A DNA stretch of 64,000 bases, taken from Perna viridis. Lineage: Eukaryota. The stretch covers positions 11,524,885 through 11,588,884 of the forward strand of contig CM074524.1 in NCBI GenBank assembly GCA_037379345.1, in the 5' to 3' direction. The notes under the pieces were generated by a model. It ran no database searches. It was not told where the DNA came from and saw only the letters and a program-made list of their open reading frames with translations. Positions 22,800 through 34,268 of the stretch are shown piece by piece (position 1 is the stretch's first letter; each line of letters opens with the position of its first letter). Both the position numbers and the translations under genes were made by a program.

Positions 22800-23970
22800 A
22801 AGAAACATCAATAGAGAATACACATGACACAATGAATGATAAAGACATATCCAAGATGAATATTAATGGAAAAAGAGAGAAGAAAAGAAGATGCAAATTT
22901 GACTTATAGTTTGACAAAAGAAGAACTGATCCACTTATAGATGATAATAAAAAAAAATTAATGTGTTTGGGCGGGGTAGTCTCTCAACGGCAGCTAGATG
23001 ATGCTGAAATTGGTCATCCATATCATGCATTAAATCTATATGGAGGTTGTAAAGAAATTAAAATAATTAATGTAACGTCAAAAACATGTGTTATGTGCTG
23101 TTGGAACGATTGGTTAAGCAATCCTGTTTATAAACAATTCGGAGTTTTATCACACTTTGAAATAATAGGCAAAGCTGTTTATTTTACCAAAAAAGTCTAA
23201 TCTCCTTGAATACTGACATGTGTGTTTTTTTTTCCGGAAGTTTAGTAGTCATGTACCGTCATCTAAAACTTGTAGCCAAAATTGCGAATTTGGACCTGCC
23301 TCCAAATATTCCGTATTTGAAATCATTTAACCATTTAATCTCTGTGACTACATTTTCAAAAGAATATTGAACATGTAACTTAGTTGATAGAGTTACCTGC
23401 CTTTTACTTGAACATTTTAGGGCAGTTAATTGACTATTTGTACAACGAATATATTACATTTTTCTTATGATATAAAAAGAATCAAATCACACTTGAAAAG
23501 TATGTTTTATCACATTTTACCCTCTTATTGATTTAACAAAGATTTGTAAAAATCAAAAGTCATCTTCAAATGTTTACGTCATATGTAATTTTTCTTTCTT
23601 GACAGTCACTTCTATTTTTTGTCTTGTTCATTGGAAAGATCCTTAAGGCAACAAAAACACCTTAGATAAACACAAAGAAAACTGTTTCATGTGCGCGAGT
23701 TTCACATGAAACTCCCATAAACTTAACATAACATTTACATGCACTCATAATGAATTTGGCATGTGAGGTAAAAATGGAGTTCGTCATACAAAACAACAGT
23801 TCTAAGGGCTGCCATAAATCATAAGAATTATAACTGTGTAAAACCATTGTATTCACTATAACATCAATTATCTCATGTTGGGTGTTAAACCGTTAATTTT
23901 GCACTGTCTTCTGCAGTTAAACATGACATAAAAAAAGTAATACTAATAAAGACGGTTTCTTAGTGGCGGT

Positions 23971-24017
<47 letters not shown>

Positions 24018-25012
24018 TTGGGGAGGGAGAATTGTGATTTTGTAGAAAATAAACTGGCCCTCATAAAAAAAATGTCTAAGGGAAAAGTAAATACACAAAA
24101 TAACTTTTCTTATATTATATTTATTACGTGGTAAATTTAACATGGCCCACGAAACTAGCAAAATATTGTTTTGTACTGTATGAAGATTTTAGTGCCATGT
24201 AAAGTTTTTAATCTTCAGCGATTCTACCATTCATTTTGGTACTACACAAATTTAAAATTTGAAAACGCAAATACTTTCTTTTAGTTTAAACAATTTGAAA
24301 GTTATAAATATCACACTTTCAAGTCGATTACTACGCTCCCTTATCTGAAAGGATGAATGTAAATAATATGTAGTAATTAAAATGAAATACTAGCATTATG
24401 TAACATTGATAAATTAAAATAATTGCTTTTGTTACATGTAGGCTAAAAACCACTAATTCCACTTTCCACAGGCTTCTATGCTAATTTCACAATATTCAAT
24501 GGCTTCTCTGGACTTTACCTTAACTTTAACCTGCAGAAGACTATATATCAGCATGATTCTACATATGTCAGCTCACAATCCTCAGAATGGCATGTGGGGT
24601 TAGCAGACTTGCAGTGCAGTACTGGTCACCGGAAGTGAAGGGTCTATAAATAGCATGGGAAATCCCAGTGTTTTCACAAGATAGGGGTATATTTAAAAAT
24701 CATTATGGAGATTAAGCTTCACATCACAAGAAGCAAAATGCACCTATAAAATGTACAGAAATGTTTTTCCTTTCAGAAACTGTTTAAATTTTTAAAATAA
24801 GATGAGAACTTTTTTCACAGCACTATGAGGAACAGGGGTAATTTCTGCGTAGGACTATTTTTGCGTACGTTCCAAATGCTCATTGGTTGAATTGGTGGTC
24901 TGTAACCTAAATGTACTAAGTAATTACAAAATGAGAAGTATCTCACAGACACAGATTGATATTTTGCAAGAACAGTACATAACATACACAGAAAACATCT
25001 AAGTTTCTACTT

Positions 25013-25234
25013 ATTTCTAGAAAAGCAGAGGACGCTTACCCTATCGGTGCACCTGGTCCATGCTCCCAGTTTTTAGTGGAGTCCGAGTTGCTCATTTACT
25101 TTTGTTACTTTGTATGTATGATTTTAGTTACTTTATGTTCTTTGTTGTGAATGTCTGTTTTCCATGTCTGGTCTTTGTCCCTGGTTTACACTCTTTTGAT
25201 TACCGCTATAACCTTGGTTCCTTTGATTACCCTT
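25013..25234 (+). mobile_element. Penelope-like 3' repeat copy
   Basis: Near-consensus copy; source of spurious ORF 25060..25248. Confidence 0.9.
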
Positions 25235-26239
25235 TCACACACTATTGAAGAAAATTCATTTTTGATATGTCATTACCACCAATTTTTTATAAATCACATT
25301 AAAATTTGAGTGGAAGTACCATTAGAAATTGTCATTTATGAGATGAAAATATGTTTTATCGATCACTTTTCACTTTAATCAATCAAATGGCTATAGTACA
25401 ACACTTCTTGAGCAGTTTAAGTAGAATAAAAGTGAAAATGCAAAAAAAAAATATTTCAGTTTTTATATGTCATGTGTAACAAGTGCAATTCAACCATTTT
25501 CAAGTCAAGTCTCTAATCCAAGTATTAAACATGTAAAGAAAAATCCAAAACTGTTTATATTTCAGCAATTTAAGTCACCCTATTTATTTCTTATATAGTT
25601 GTATTTAGAAAACTTTTGATAATAGCAATTGCAATCCATTGGTCATCTTTTAATCCATAAAAACATTGCTAATTTCCAAATTTAGTAAAAATATGCCATA
25701 AAAGTAAAAAATGAGGCCTTGAATCACTTTATTCCATTTAAGGTTGGTCCATTTAGTATAAAATATGATATATTGTTGTTTGAAAGCTTTTAGGATAATT
25801 GAAACTCACTTACTAAAAATCTCACTTTCCACTGAAACTGTGGTTATCAGGTCTCAGTCTTGTATTCTTTGCATCACAGGCTTCTATAATATACCTTAAA
25901 TTTTCATAATTTAAAAAAAAAAATATACAAGGAGTTTCAACTTTTGACCATGTTTTTCAATTAAAGAAATGTCAAAAATAATTTTAGGTCCATTTTAGAA
26001 AAAAAGCACAAACTTTGGTACACCAGGACTGGTCAAACTAAAAATAGACCTTTTCTACTTTCACTTTTATTTTGAGTTCATAAAATAAACACCTTTTCTG
26101 AAGCATTATTTTTCATGAAAATACTGGTTTTCCTCAAAAACAAGTTTTTGGTGTCATAGCTTGATATTTACCCTGTACTTTTGATGAAAAATGATAATCA
26201 TTTGCGTACACCCGTTCAGGAATATGTAATATAAGACTG

Positions 26240-28420
26240 ATAACAAAATGGACGCCGAAGTAGAGTTCAAGAAATTTTGAAAATTTTGTTAACAATTAAC
26301 CAATTGAATTGAACGAATTACCTAGTGGTCCAATCACTGAGGACGAAATAGTTAAAATTAAAAATATTAGAAATCTAAAAAATGGCAAAGCATTTGATGA
26401 TATCGTTAATGAATATTTAAAAAAAAACACTGTTTTGGAGCTAATACCTGTATACTTAAAGATTTTTAATTTAGTACTCGATACAGGTATTGTACCAGAA
26501 CTTTGGTCACAAGAAATTATTGTACCTATTTATAAGAACAATATAAGAATAAAGGTTTGGTATCGGACCCAAATAACAATAGAGGAATTACACTAAATTC
26601 ATGCTTAGGGAAAACCTTCTCATCCATTTTGAATGAAAGACTTACTAAGTCTTCTGATGAGATTGAGCTCTTACACGAATCACAGACTGGATTTCGAAAG
26701 GGTTATTCTACTGTTGACAACATTTTTGTACTACACTCCCTTTAAGCTTTAAGGTATAACTATATTGCACATTTGTTGATTTTAAAAAAAGCATTTGACA
26801 CAGTTTGGAGAGATGGTCTGTGGCTTAAACTTCAAGAATCCAATGTAACAGGGAAAATATTTTCAGTTATTTTCAATATGGATCAGAATATTAAGTGTTG
26901 TATTAGGCATCAAGGTAATTTCTCTGCATTTTTTTAACTGTAGAGTTGGTGTAAGACAAGGAGGAACCTTGTCGCCTTTTTGTTCTCAATTTTATTTAAT
27001 GATCTAGAAATCTTAATGCAAGACAATAAAGTACAAATCTAGATTTGATAGAAAGTTCATGCTCAGAAATGTTTGATGTATATGTCAAAATATTTGTGAT
27101 GCTTTATGTAGATGATACCATTATAATGTCAGAAACAAAGGAAGCTATGCAAAAAGCATTGGATGTGTTTGCTAATTACTGTAAAGAATGGAAGTTACAA
27201 GTTAATACTGAAAAGACAAAAAGTTATTGTCTTCAGTAAAATAAAGCGTAAACAACATTTTCAATTCCAAATATATAACAAAAATATAGAAATAGTAGAG
27301 TCGTATACATATCTAGGCACGGTTTTCAATTACAACGGCAGTTTCACTATTACAAGAAAGCGTCTAATAGATCAAGCCCAAAAAGCTCTTTTTGCTCTCT
27401 ATAGGAAACTAAGAAACATTCACCTGCCAATAGATTTACAGTTGAAATTATTTGATACTTTTGATATCACCGATACTTTTATATTCCTCTGAGGTCTGGG
27501 GTTTTGAAAATAAGCAAAACATTGAAAAGGTGCATCTTAAATTTATATCTTAATCTTAAAAATATCCTTAAGCAGAGAAGCAGCACTCCGAATTTTATGG
27601 TTTATGGCGAGTTGGGTAGACTTCCACTTGTTAAAGTAAGAATTATTAGCCTTTGAGCAAGAACTGTGGAAGAAGAAGAAAAACTGTCCAATAAAATGCT
27701 TCGGCTTATGTTAAAATTGCATGACAATAATCCAATCAAATTTAGGTGGAATAGCTATCATGTTAAATATATCTTGGATGATACGGACACGTTAAAGTAA
27801 ATATTAACTGGCTTAAGGTCGCAGTTAAACAGACATTATATGATCAATTCTATCAATCTTGGTTTTTACAAATTGACAACATATCTAGTGGTGAATTCTA
27901 TTCCGATTTTAAACATGAATTCAGAATTGAACTATATCAGATAGTCCCCAGCAGAACGTATTCATTTGACAAAATTAAGATGTCCTAACTTAAAACTACC
28001 AATAGAAACTGGAAGGTAGTCTGGAGTCCCACGGAGTCAAAGAATATGTAATCTTTGTAAACAAGTGGTGGGAGATGAAGTTCACATATTCTTCCAGTAA
28101 AATAATCCAACGGTTATGTATTTACGATCTCGTTACATCCCAGATGACTACTCAAAGCAACCGAATATGAGTAACTTTGGGAGGTTATTGTCTATCTGTA
28201 ATGTTCAATTATTCAAAAGAGTGTGTGCTTTATTACGAAAAATTGCTAATATCATATGGAAGTGAATAGGTCAAAATATAAATGTTAATCTGTATGTATT
28301 CACATATTTAATGATATTGTCTGTGTATTTGTCTTATTTATATGTATGTGCATTTGTTTTTTTTTGTTGTCCTCGTGTACACCTAATGTGTCTGAGACTA
28401 TCAATAAATCTTGTCTTAAA
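26240..28420 (+). mobile_element. 5'-truncated decayed non-LTR retrotransposon, CR1/L2 group (RT plus C-terminal Cys/His region)
   Basis: Fragmented frames give PNNNRGITLNSCLGK, QTGFRKGYSTVDNIF, FVDFKKAFDTVWRDGLWLKL, GVRQGG.LSP, LYVDD and KLPIETGR*...RICNLC...GDEVH. There are many stops and frameshifts. The 3' end is AATAAA plus tcttgtctt at about 28404-28418. Confidence 0.92.
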
Positions 28421-28454
28421 TGGTCATGATGACGGATAATATAGCTACACAGAG

Positions 28455-29400
28455 AGAGAGAGAGAGAGAATCGGATTGTTTTACTCATTATCGCGTATAA
28501 GGAAATCTAAGAAATGTCTCTCATTGTTCAATATCATATTCATTTGTTTATTTATTACTTATGGATTAGCCTCTGTTCCGTTGGTACTTCTTTTAAGCAT
28601 AGTCCTTTTTGATCATGAGCTAAATCGGGAACTAAATACAAAAGCAAGTACCGAGATAAAGAGGAAAAATATATCAAGTTATACTCTGTTCTAGACTTCC
28701 CAATAAAAACTGAAATTTTCTACTACATAATTGCTGGCGTTGAACTTAATCCTGGGCTCTCGTCTACATCCAATTGTAGCACAGAACCATTAAATACAAA
28801 CTCCACCGGCTGAAACCTAAGTTATTCGCAAATCCTGAAGAACTCAGTATTTTTTCTTCACTTGAACGCGCAAAGCATAAAACCAAAACTTAAGCAAATA
28901 TCAATTGAATAGAACGTCTTCAATATCCTCTCATTTACTGAAAGCTGATTAAAACAGATTGTACCTGATAATGAAATATCGATAACAGGATACCAACAAT
29001 TCGAAGAAGTCTCCGAGCCTTTAGAATTAGCCCTAAATATTGATAAAGACATTACTGTAAGAGATAATTTTATTTATTAATCAACTATCTAATTCTCCAA
29101 ACAATAAAATTAAAGATTTTAGCCTTCAGCAGTTAATTAGTGAACCTACCCATTTTACTGAACAGTCATCATCCCTTATTGACCTTATCATGGTAAATAA
29201 TCCAATCAACCTGTTGATCACTGATGTAGGTCCGCATCTCTTAGATCAAGTTCGCTTCCATTTACCCATTCTTGGAATATTAAATCTCCTAAAATGTAAC
29301 CCACAAAAACCCTTTAAAAGAAAAATCTATCTATATGAACAAGCAGATTATAACCTACTGAGAGATCGTTTCTCTAGAGTAGACTAGGACTCCCTATTTG
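28455..29400 (+). mobile_element. 5' part of a second CR1/L2-group LINE: hydrophobic leader, 2A-like motif and AP-endonuclease remnant
   Basis: AG-VELNPG at 28733-28756. Endonuclease motifs follow: HLNAQSIKPK...ILSFTES*L...ISITGY and LQQLISEPTHFTEQSSSLIDLIMVN...RKIYLYEQADY. Internally deleted, with stops. Confidence 0.8.
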
Positions 29401-31264
29401 TAAATATAAGTATTTTCAATAATGAGGAGAAACAGGCCTATGGAGAGTGTTGAAATTAGTTCTAAATTTAACATTTTATCGAATTAAACTTATTTTCCTG
29501 GGTAATATTGATTACTCATGCCTAAAAGTATTGGAAAGATAGTTAAATAAAAATTCTTGCAATGACCAGTGAAATAAAATTTCAATGAATCATGATAATT
29601 TTTATCCCATTTTCAAACATTATCAAAGAAAAAATGAATTTAAAAATGGTAAAAAATCAGGTAAAAATTTTAGTTTGTATCTAATTGTCTTCTTAGCAAT
29701 ACTTGATATTATAATGATAGGGTTCATACTTGGCTCCTAGTTCAATCACAGAAATAAATACTTAATAATTATCTTATTCCTTATTTTCCACTGATCTTGT
29801 TAGGGTTCATACAAACCGTTTTCTTATTTTGTGGTCTTGCCATAAGTGAAGTTATATTGTGCATAATCATATATGTGATGTTTGAATTGAATAATGCAGA
29901 AGTAAAAAAAATTAAAATATACTTTTATTATTCTATAAAGGTTATTGTAGTGTTGTAGAATTTATAAATAGAAATATGATGGTCTTGAATTAATGATAAA
30001 ATCAAATAAATATATGATTAAATCTAAACTTCTTGTTGTTTTGTTAAAAGATAAAATTTGCATTTTCAAACTCATTTTGCAAAGCTCAAGTTTGAGATCA
30101 AATAGAGAACGTTGTGTTTATTTATTTATTTATTTATTTATTTATTTTTGTTTTTTTGCTATTTAGTACGTAATGTTTAGATACACATTGTAATATTTAC
30201 GGTGTCTCATTATATCCATAGACCTGTGATTAAAATTTTTTGATGAAAATAAACTAAAATACTGCCGTTTTAGGGACAATTTTGTTCTGTGATTAAATAG
30301 TGAACTATTGTAAGAAAAAGTTCGTTATAATATTTTTTAAATTCTATCAATGTGATCTGTTTTTAGATACCTACAACGCACGATTTCACTTAAATAACTT
30401 ACAACTAGGTATTAGGGTATAGATTGATCATTGACCACCCTTTAATTACTGCAAAATAGAAGAAAAAAATTACAATATTTCAGTTAGAAAAAAATGATAT
30501 TCAAAAAAATAAATTTATCTTTCCACTGACATATAATATATACTGAATATCGTCAAAATCGGTATCACATGCTGTACTATCCCGAGATTCCTATATCAGG
30601 TCGAGGGTTGACAGCGTGTGATACAGATTATAAATTTTCATGTTCATTATATCATATATTTTAACCATACTTACAAGTATGGTCTGTGAAGGGGTGCGAT
30701 ATAGGTCTGGAGGTGTGATATAGGGTATGCAATAAAAGGTAGATGGTATAGTGGTAAAACAAAGCCGTATACCATATGGGCCCTTTAAGTTCTAAAAGTC
30801 CATTGCACTAATATATATGTAAACATCCCATATGTACGAAGACCAGACAATAATACAATCCACCTGTGCGAAAGTATACATTATAAGTAAGTATATTCAA
30901 TAAAGGATCACACGGTAATATCACGGTGGGAGAACAGTTAAGGAAGTTAGTCCATTAGTTCAGTTTATCGATCCATGCGGTGAAAATCTCTACACCTGTC
31001 CAGGAAACGCGAAGCTGAAACATTAACTTAAAAAATAAATGAAATAGAAAAAGACTGGTTGGGACGAAAAAAGGTGGGTTTACTAACATAAGTAATGAAC
31101 TTCAAAATGTTATTATAGTATCACTTGTCGGGCAAGCCTAAAATAAAATTTAAAATTAAATTATTAAAGAAATAAATTCAAATAGAAATATTTCTATAGC
31201 AGCAAAATTAAACAATATAAAATAAAATGTATAGTATTAATGTAGTGTATAATAAAATAGTAAT

Positions 31265-31425
31265 TTAAGGAGCCAAAATTGTAGCGGAATAAAAACAATG
31301 TAATCAAGGGACAAAGACCGGACATTCAAAATAGATGAACACAAAAAAGAACACATATATACGTATATATATGTATAATAAAAATAAATAAAATAATACA
31401 TAAAAAGTAACATAAGTAAATGAAA
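31265..31425 (-). mobile_element. Degenerate Penelope-like 3' repeat copy
   Basis: aatgtaatcaagggacaaagaccggacat...aagtaacataagtaaatga. Confidence 0.65.
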
Positions 31426-31914
31426 GAATATATAGAAGGTGGTATACCCGTTAAAGTTAGAAAGTTCAGCTGATTACTAAGTGTAAAACGAAAAATCACT
31501 GAATTGTAAAGTTTTTGGGTTGATCTATAGCAATTTATTAATTAATAATGAAAAAAGGTGATGTAAGAGCTTATTTAGCGTGTTCCCTTACAAATCTCGA
31601 AATATGCACTGAAAAATCTAAGAAACGAGATTGTCCCATTCCGGAATCGGACGACCTGAATCGAAATATCATGGAATCTCGCGTAATTCTGATTCAGTAC
31701 GCATCCCATTACGGAATGGGCCATATTCCAATTTCGGGTGAAACACTTTCATGAGGAGTAATTTTTGAAAAAAATCTAACTATTTTCAAACAAATATATT
31801 TCAGTTAAAATCAATAAAAACGTTTTATAACCTATTAATGTAAACATTACGAAATCGTTCTACTTTTATCAACGAGGAAGTTGAGATGTAGAAAACACCT
31901 TTATAACAACAATA

Positions 31915-33842
31915 ATGGCATCGAGGGCGGATCAAGGTGATAGTTTTGAGGATTTATTAACTTGTACCATTTGTTTGAGACGTACAAAGACCCTAAATAT
32001 CTGCCATGTCTTCATACTTTCTGTAAGACGTGTATTCACACATTTATAGTGTCTTCGGTAGAGAAGGAAGGAGGATTAGGATTATCATGCCCTGTTTGCC
32101 GGAAGCAGGTGTCGGATGTAGATTCGATGGGAAATAAAGATACCTGGGCCGAACTTTTACCTGGTAATCATTTCATTGTAACGATGTTGGACAAACTAGC
32201 AATACAAAAATCTGAAAAGCTATGTAACGTTTGCGAAGTTAATAGTGAAAAGGTCAAAGCTTTGTTCTGGTGTATGGTTTGTGAGGAGGCGTTGTGCAAC
32301 CAGTGTGAGAAGTACCACCGTTCTTTTAAAGTATCTGCAAAACATAGGATAGTATCCCTTATTGAGATGCAGAGGAACGACTGCTTGAAAACATCTGAGA
32401 ACATTGTTTGTGAAGAGCACCCGAGTAAGGCAGTAGAAATTTATTGCGTTGATCATTCTAAACCCTGCTGTGCACTTTGTGCCACTTTGTCGCACAGAAA
32501 ATGTGACAGTGTCATATCGATCGAGGCTGCAGCAGCTGGTATCAGAGATAAAACAGATACATATGAGCTTTTAGAACTAATTGAAGAAGATGAAAATATT
32601 CTTCAAAAAATTGTAAAAAACCGAAATGAAAATTTGGCTAACATTGAGACCGAGATCGACGAAATATCGACAAACATTTCGACGATTAAGAAAAATATCA
32701 TACAACACTTTGGCATTATCGAAAGTAGAATACAGACTGAACTCATGGCCGCTAAGAAACAGTCATCATTAAAGTTGACTGATGACGTCAATACATTTAC
32801 AACGGAACGAAACGCCTTACTGAAGTGGAAATCCATGGTAACGGGAGTACTGAAACATGGATCTGATCAGCAATGTCTGATTACTGTAAATACGATCAAA
32901 GAAAAGGTAAGCAATCTAAATACAGAAATTAGGGATAAGATGAAGGATGTGCACCATATCTGTATAAAGTACAATGCAGAGTCAATTTTGACTCAGTTCA
33001 CCAACAATGTAAAATCTTTTGGGACGGTTAAAGTTGAAGAGAACAACATTCATATTCAAAAGGGAGAATTGCGAATGTGTGATACTGATTTTCATTCTGG
33101 TGACATCAGAATACTGCGTACTATCAATGTTGCGCAAAGTGGATCGTCCAGTGGGGTATTTCTTGGTGATGAAATGATGTTTGCTGTTAACAACACGATG
33201 GAAATTGCAAAGTACTCGGATGATGGTGCAGTCGTATCAAAATTACATGTCACAAAAAAACCGTTGGACATTGCAACTATCGAGGAGAAAAATACCGCCG
33301 TATTGTCATGCAAAAATGAGATATACATAATTGACGGTATCCACATGACTTTACTCAAAACATTATTACTACCTAATATACCTGTCTATGGAGTCTGTTA
33401 CTATGTAAACAATCAATTAATTGCTGGTAGTAGTTCAACGTTGACTTGGGTTGAAATGAATTCTGGAGCTAAAATAATATCTGTCACCACATTCCGGCAA
33501 TCATTCTACGTTTCAACATCAGGCAAAAATGATTACATCTATGGTGATGGAGAAAATTCTGTTTCTTGTGTTGTCGATGGAACCAAGAAATTTACCTACA
33601 CAAACAATGAGCTCAGCCGCCCCCGAGGTATCGGCATTGACTATCGTGGTAATATTTATATTGCTGGATATGACTCAAAAAACATTCATCAAATTACCTG
33701 TGACGGGAAATTGATACGCATCATTCCGGCTACAACTGTAGGTGTTACAAGACCTTGGACCATCAAGTTTAAATTAAACAGTAATATGTTTGTTGTCACA
33801 TGTCTTGATACTTGAAAGGCTTCAATTTGTGAAATAGTATGA
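31915..33842 (+). CDS. Intronless TRIM E3 ligase (RING, B-box1, B-box2, coiled coil, NHL-like beta-propeller), disrupted by a frameshift at ~31976 and TGA at 33813
   Basis: ATG 31915 gives MASRADQGDSFEDLLTCTICL. A second frame (ORF 31962..33815) continues ETYKDPKYLPCLHTFC..C...CPVC. B-boxes are CNVC..CMVC..C..C..H..H and CEEH..CVDH..C..C..H. The NHL-type blade reads PRGIGIDYRGNIYIAGYDSKNIHQI. The ancestral stop is at 33840-33842. Confidence 0.9.
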
Positions 33843-33950
33843 AGGTCGAAATTCTTCATACGACATTTTTAAAATGATGACTATCTGTTTACTTTAAGTC
33901 GGTTTGTTCTAATCGACGACAAATTTGTTTTTTCTTTGATGTACTACGAT

Positions 33951-34268
33951 AATGATTACATCTATGGTGATGGAGAAAATTCTGTTTCTTGTGTTGCCGA
34001 TGGTACCAAGAAATTTACCTACACAAACAATGAGCTCAGCCACCCCAGAGGTATTGGCATTGACTATCGTGGTAATATTTATATTGCTGGATATGGCTCT
34101 CGAAACATTCATCAAATAACACATGATGGAAAACTGGCGCGCATCATTCCGTTTACAGCACAGATAGGTATTATACGACCGTGGACAATCAGGTTTAAAC
34201 GAAACAGTAATAGGTTTGTTATCACATGTTCGGAGAGTGGAAAAGATTCAATTTGTGAAATAGTATGA
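33951..34268 (+). pseudogene. TRIM 3'-end copy 2 (last propeller blades, open frame)
   Basis: NDYIYGDGENSVSCVADGTKKFTYTNNELSHPRGIGID...ICEIV* aligns to 33528-33842. No upstream TRIM sequence is attached. Confidence 0.9.

Noticed and set aside
21762-22917. Antisense ORFs over the orphan gene (and 32168-33358 over the TRIM)
   Set aside because: Shadows of the + strand coding frame and its repeats.
22961-23200. 79-aa ORF as a catalytic domain continuing the orphan gene
   Set aside because: No recognisable motif or splice link, and it lies beyond the candidate polyA signal.
25060-25248. Recurrent hydrophobic ORFs MLPVFSGVRVAHLLLLLC... (also 39772, 46366, 46395, 51567, 51664, 63373)
   Set aside because: Incidental translations of the T-rich non-coding Penelope-like 3' repeat; frames are not preserved between copies.
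33813-33815. Selenocysteine or readthrough TGA in the TRIM gene
   Set aside because: Paralogous copies have GGA (Gly), not Cys, so it is a simple G-to-T nonsense change. No SECIS was recognised.
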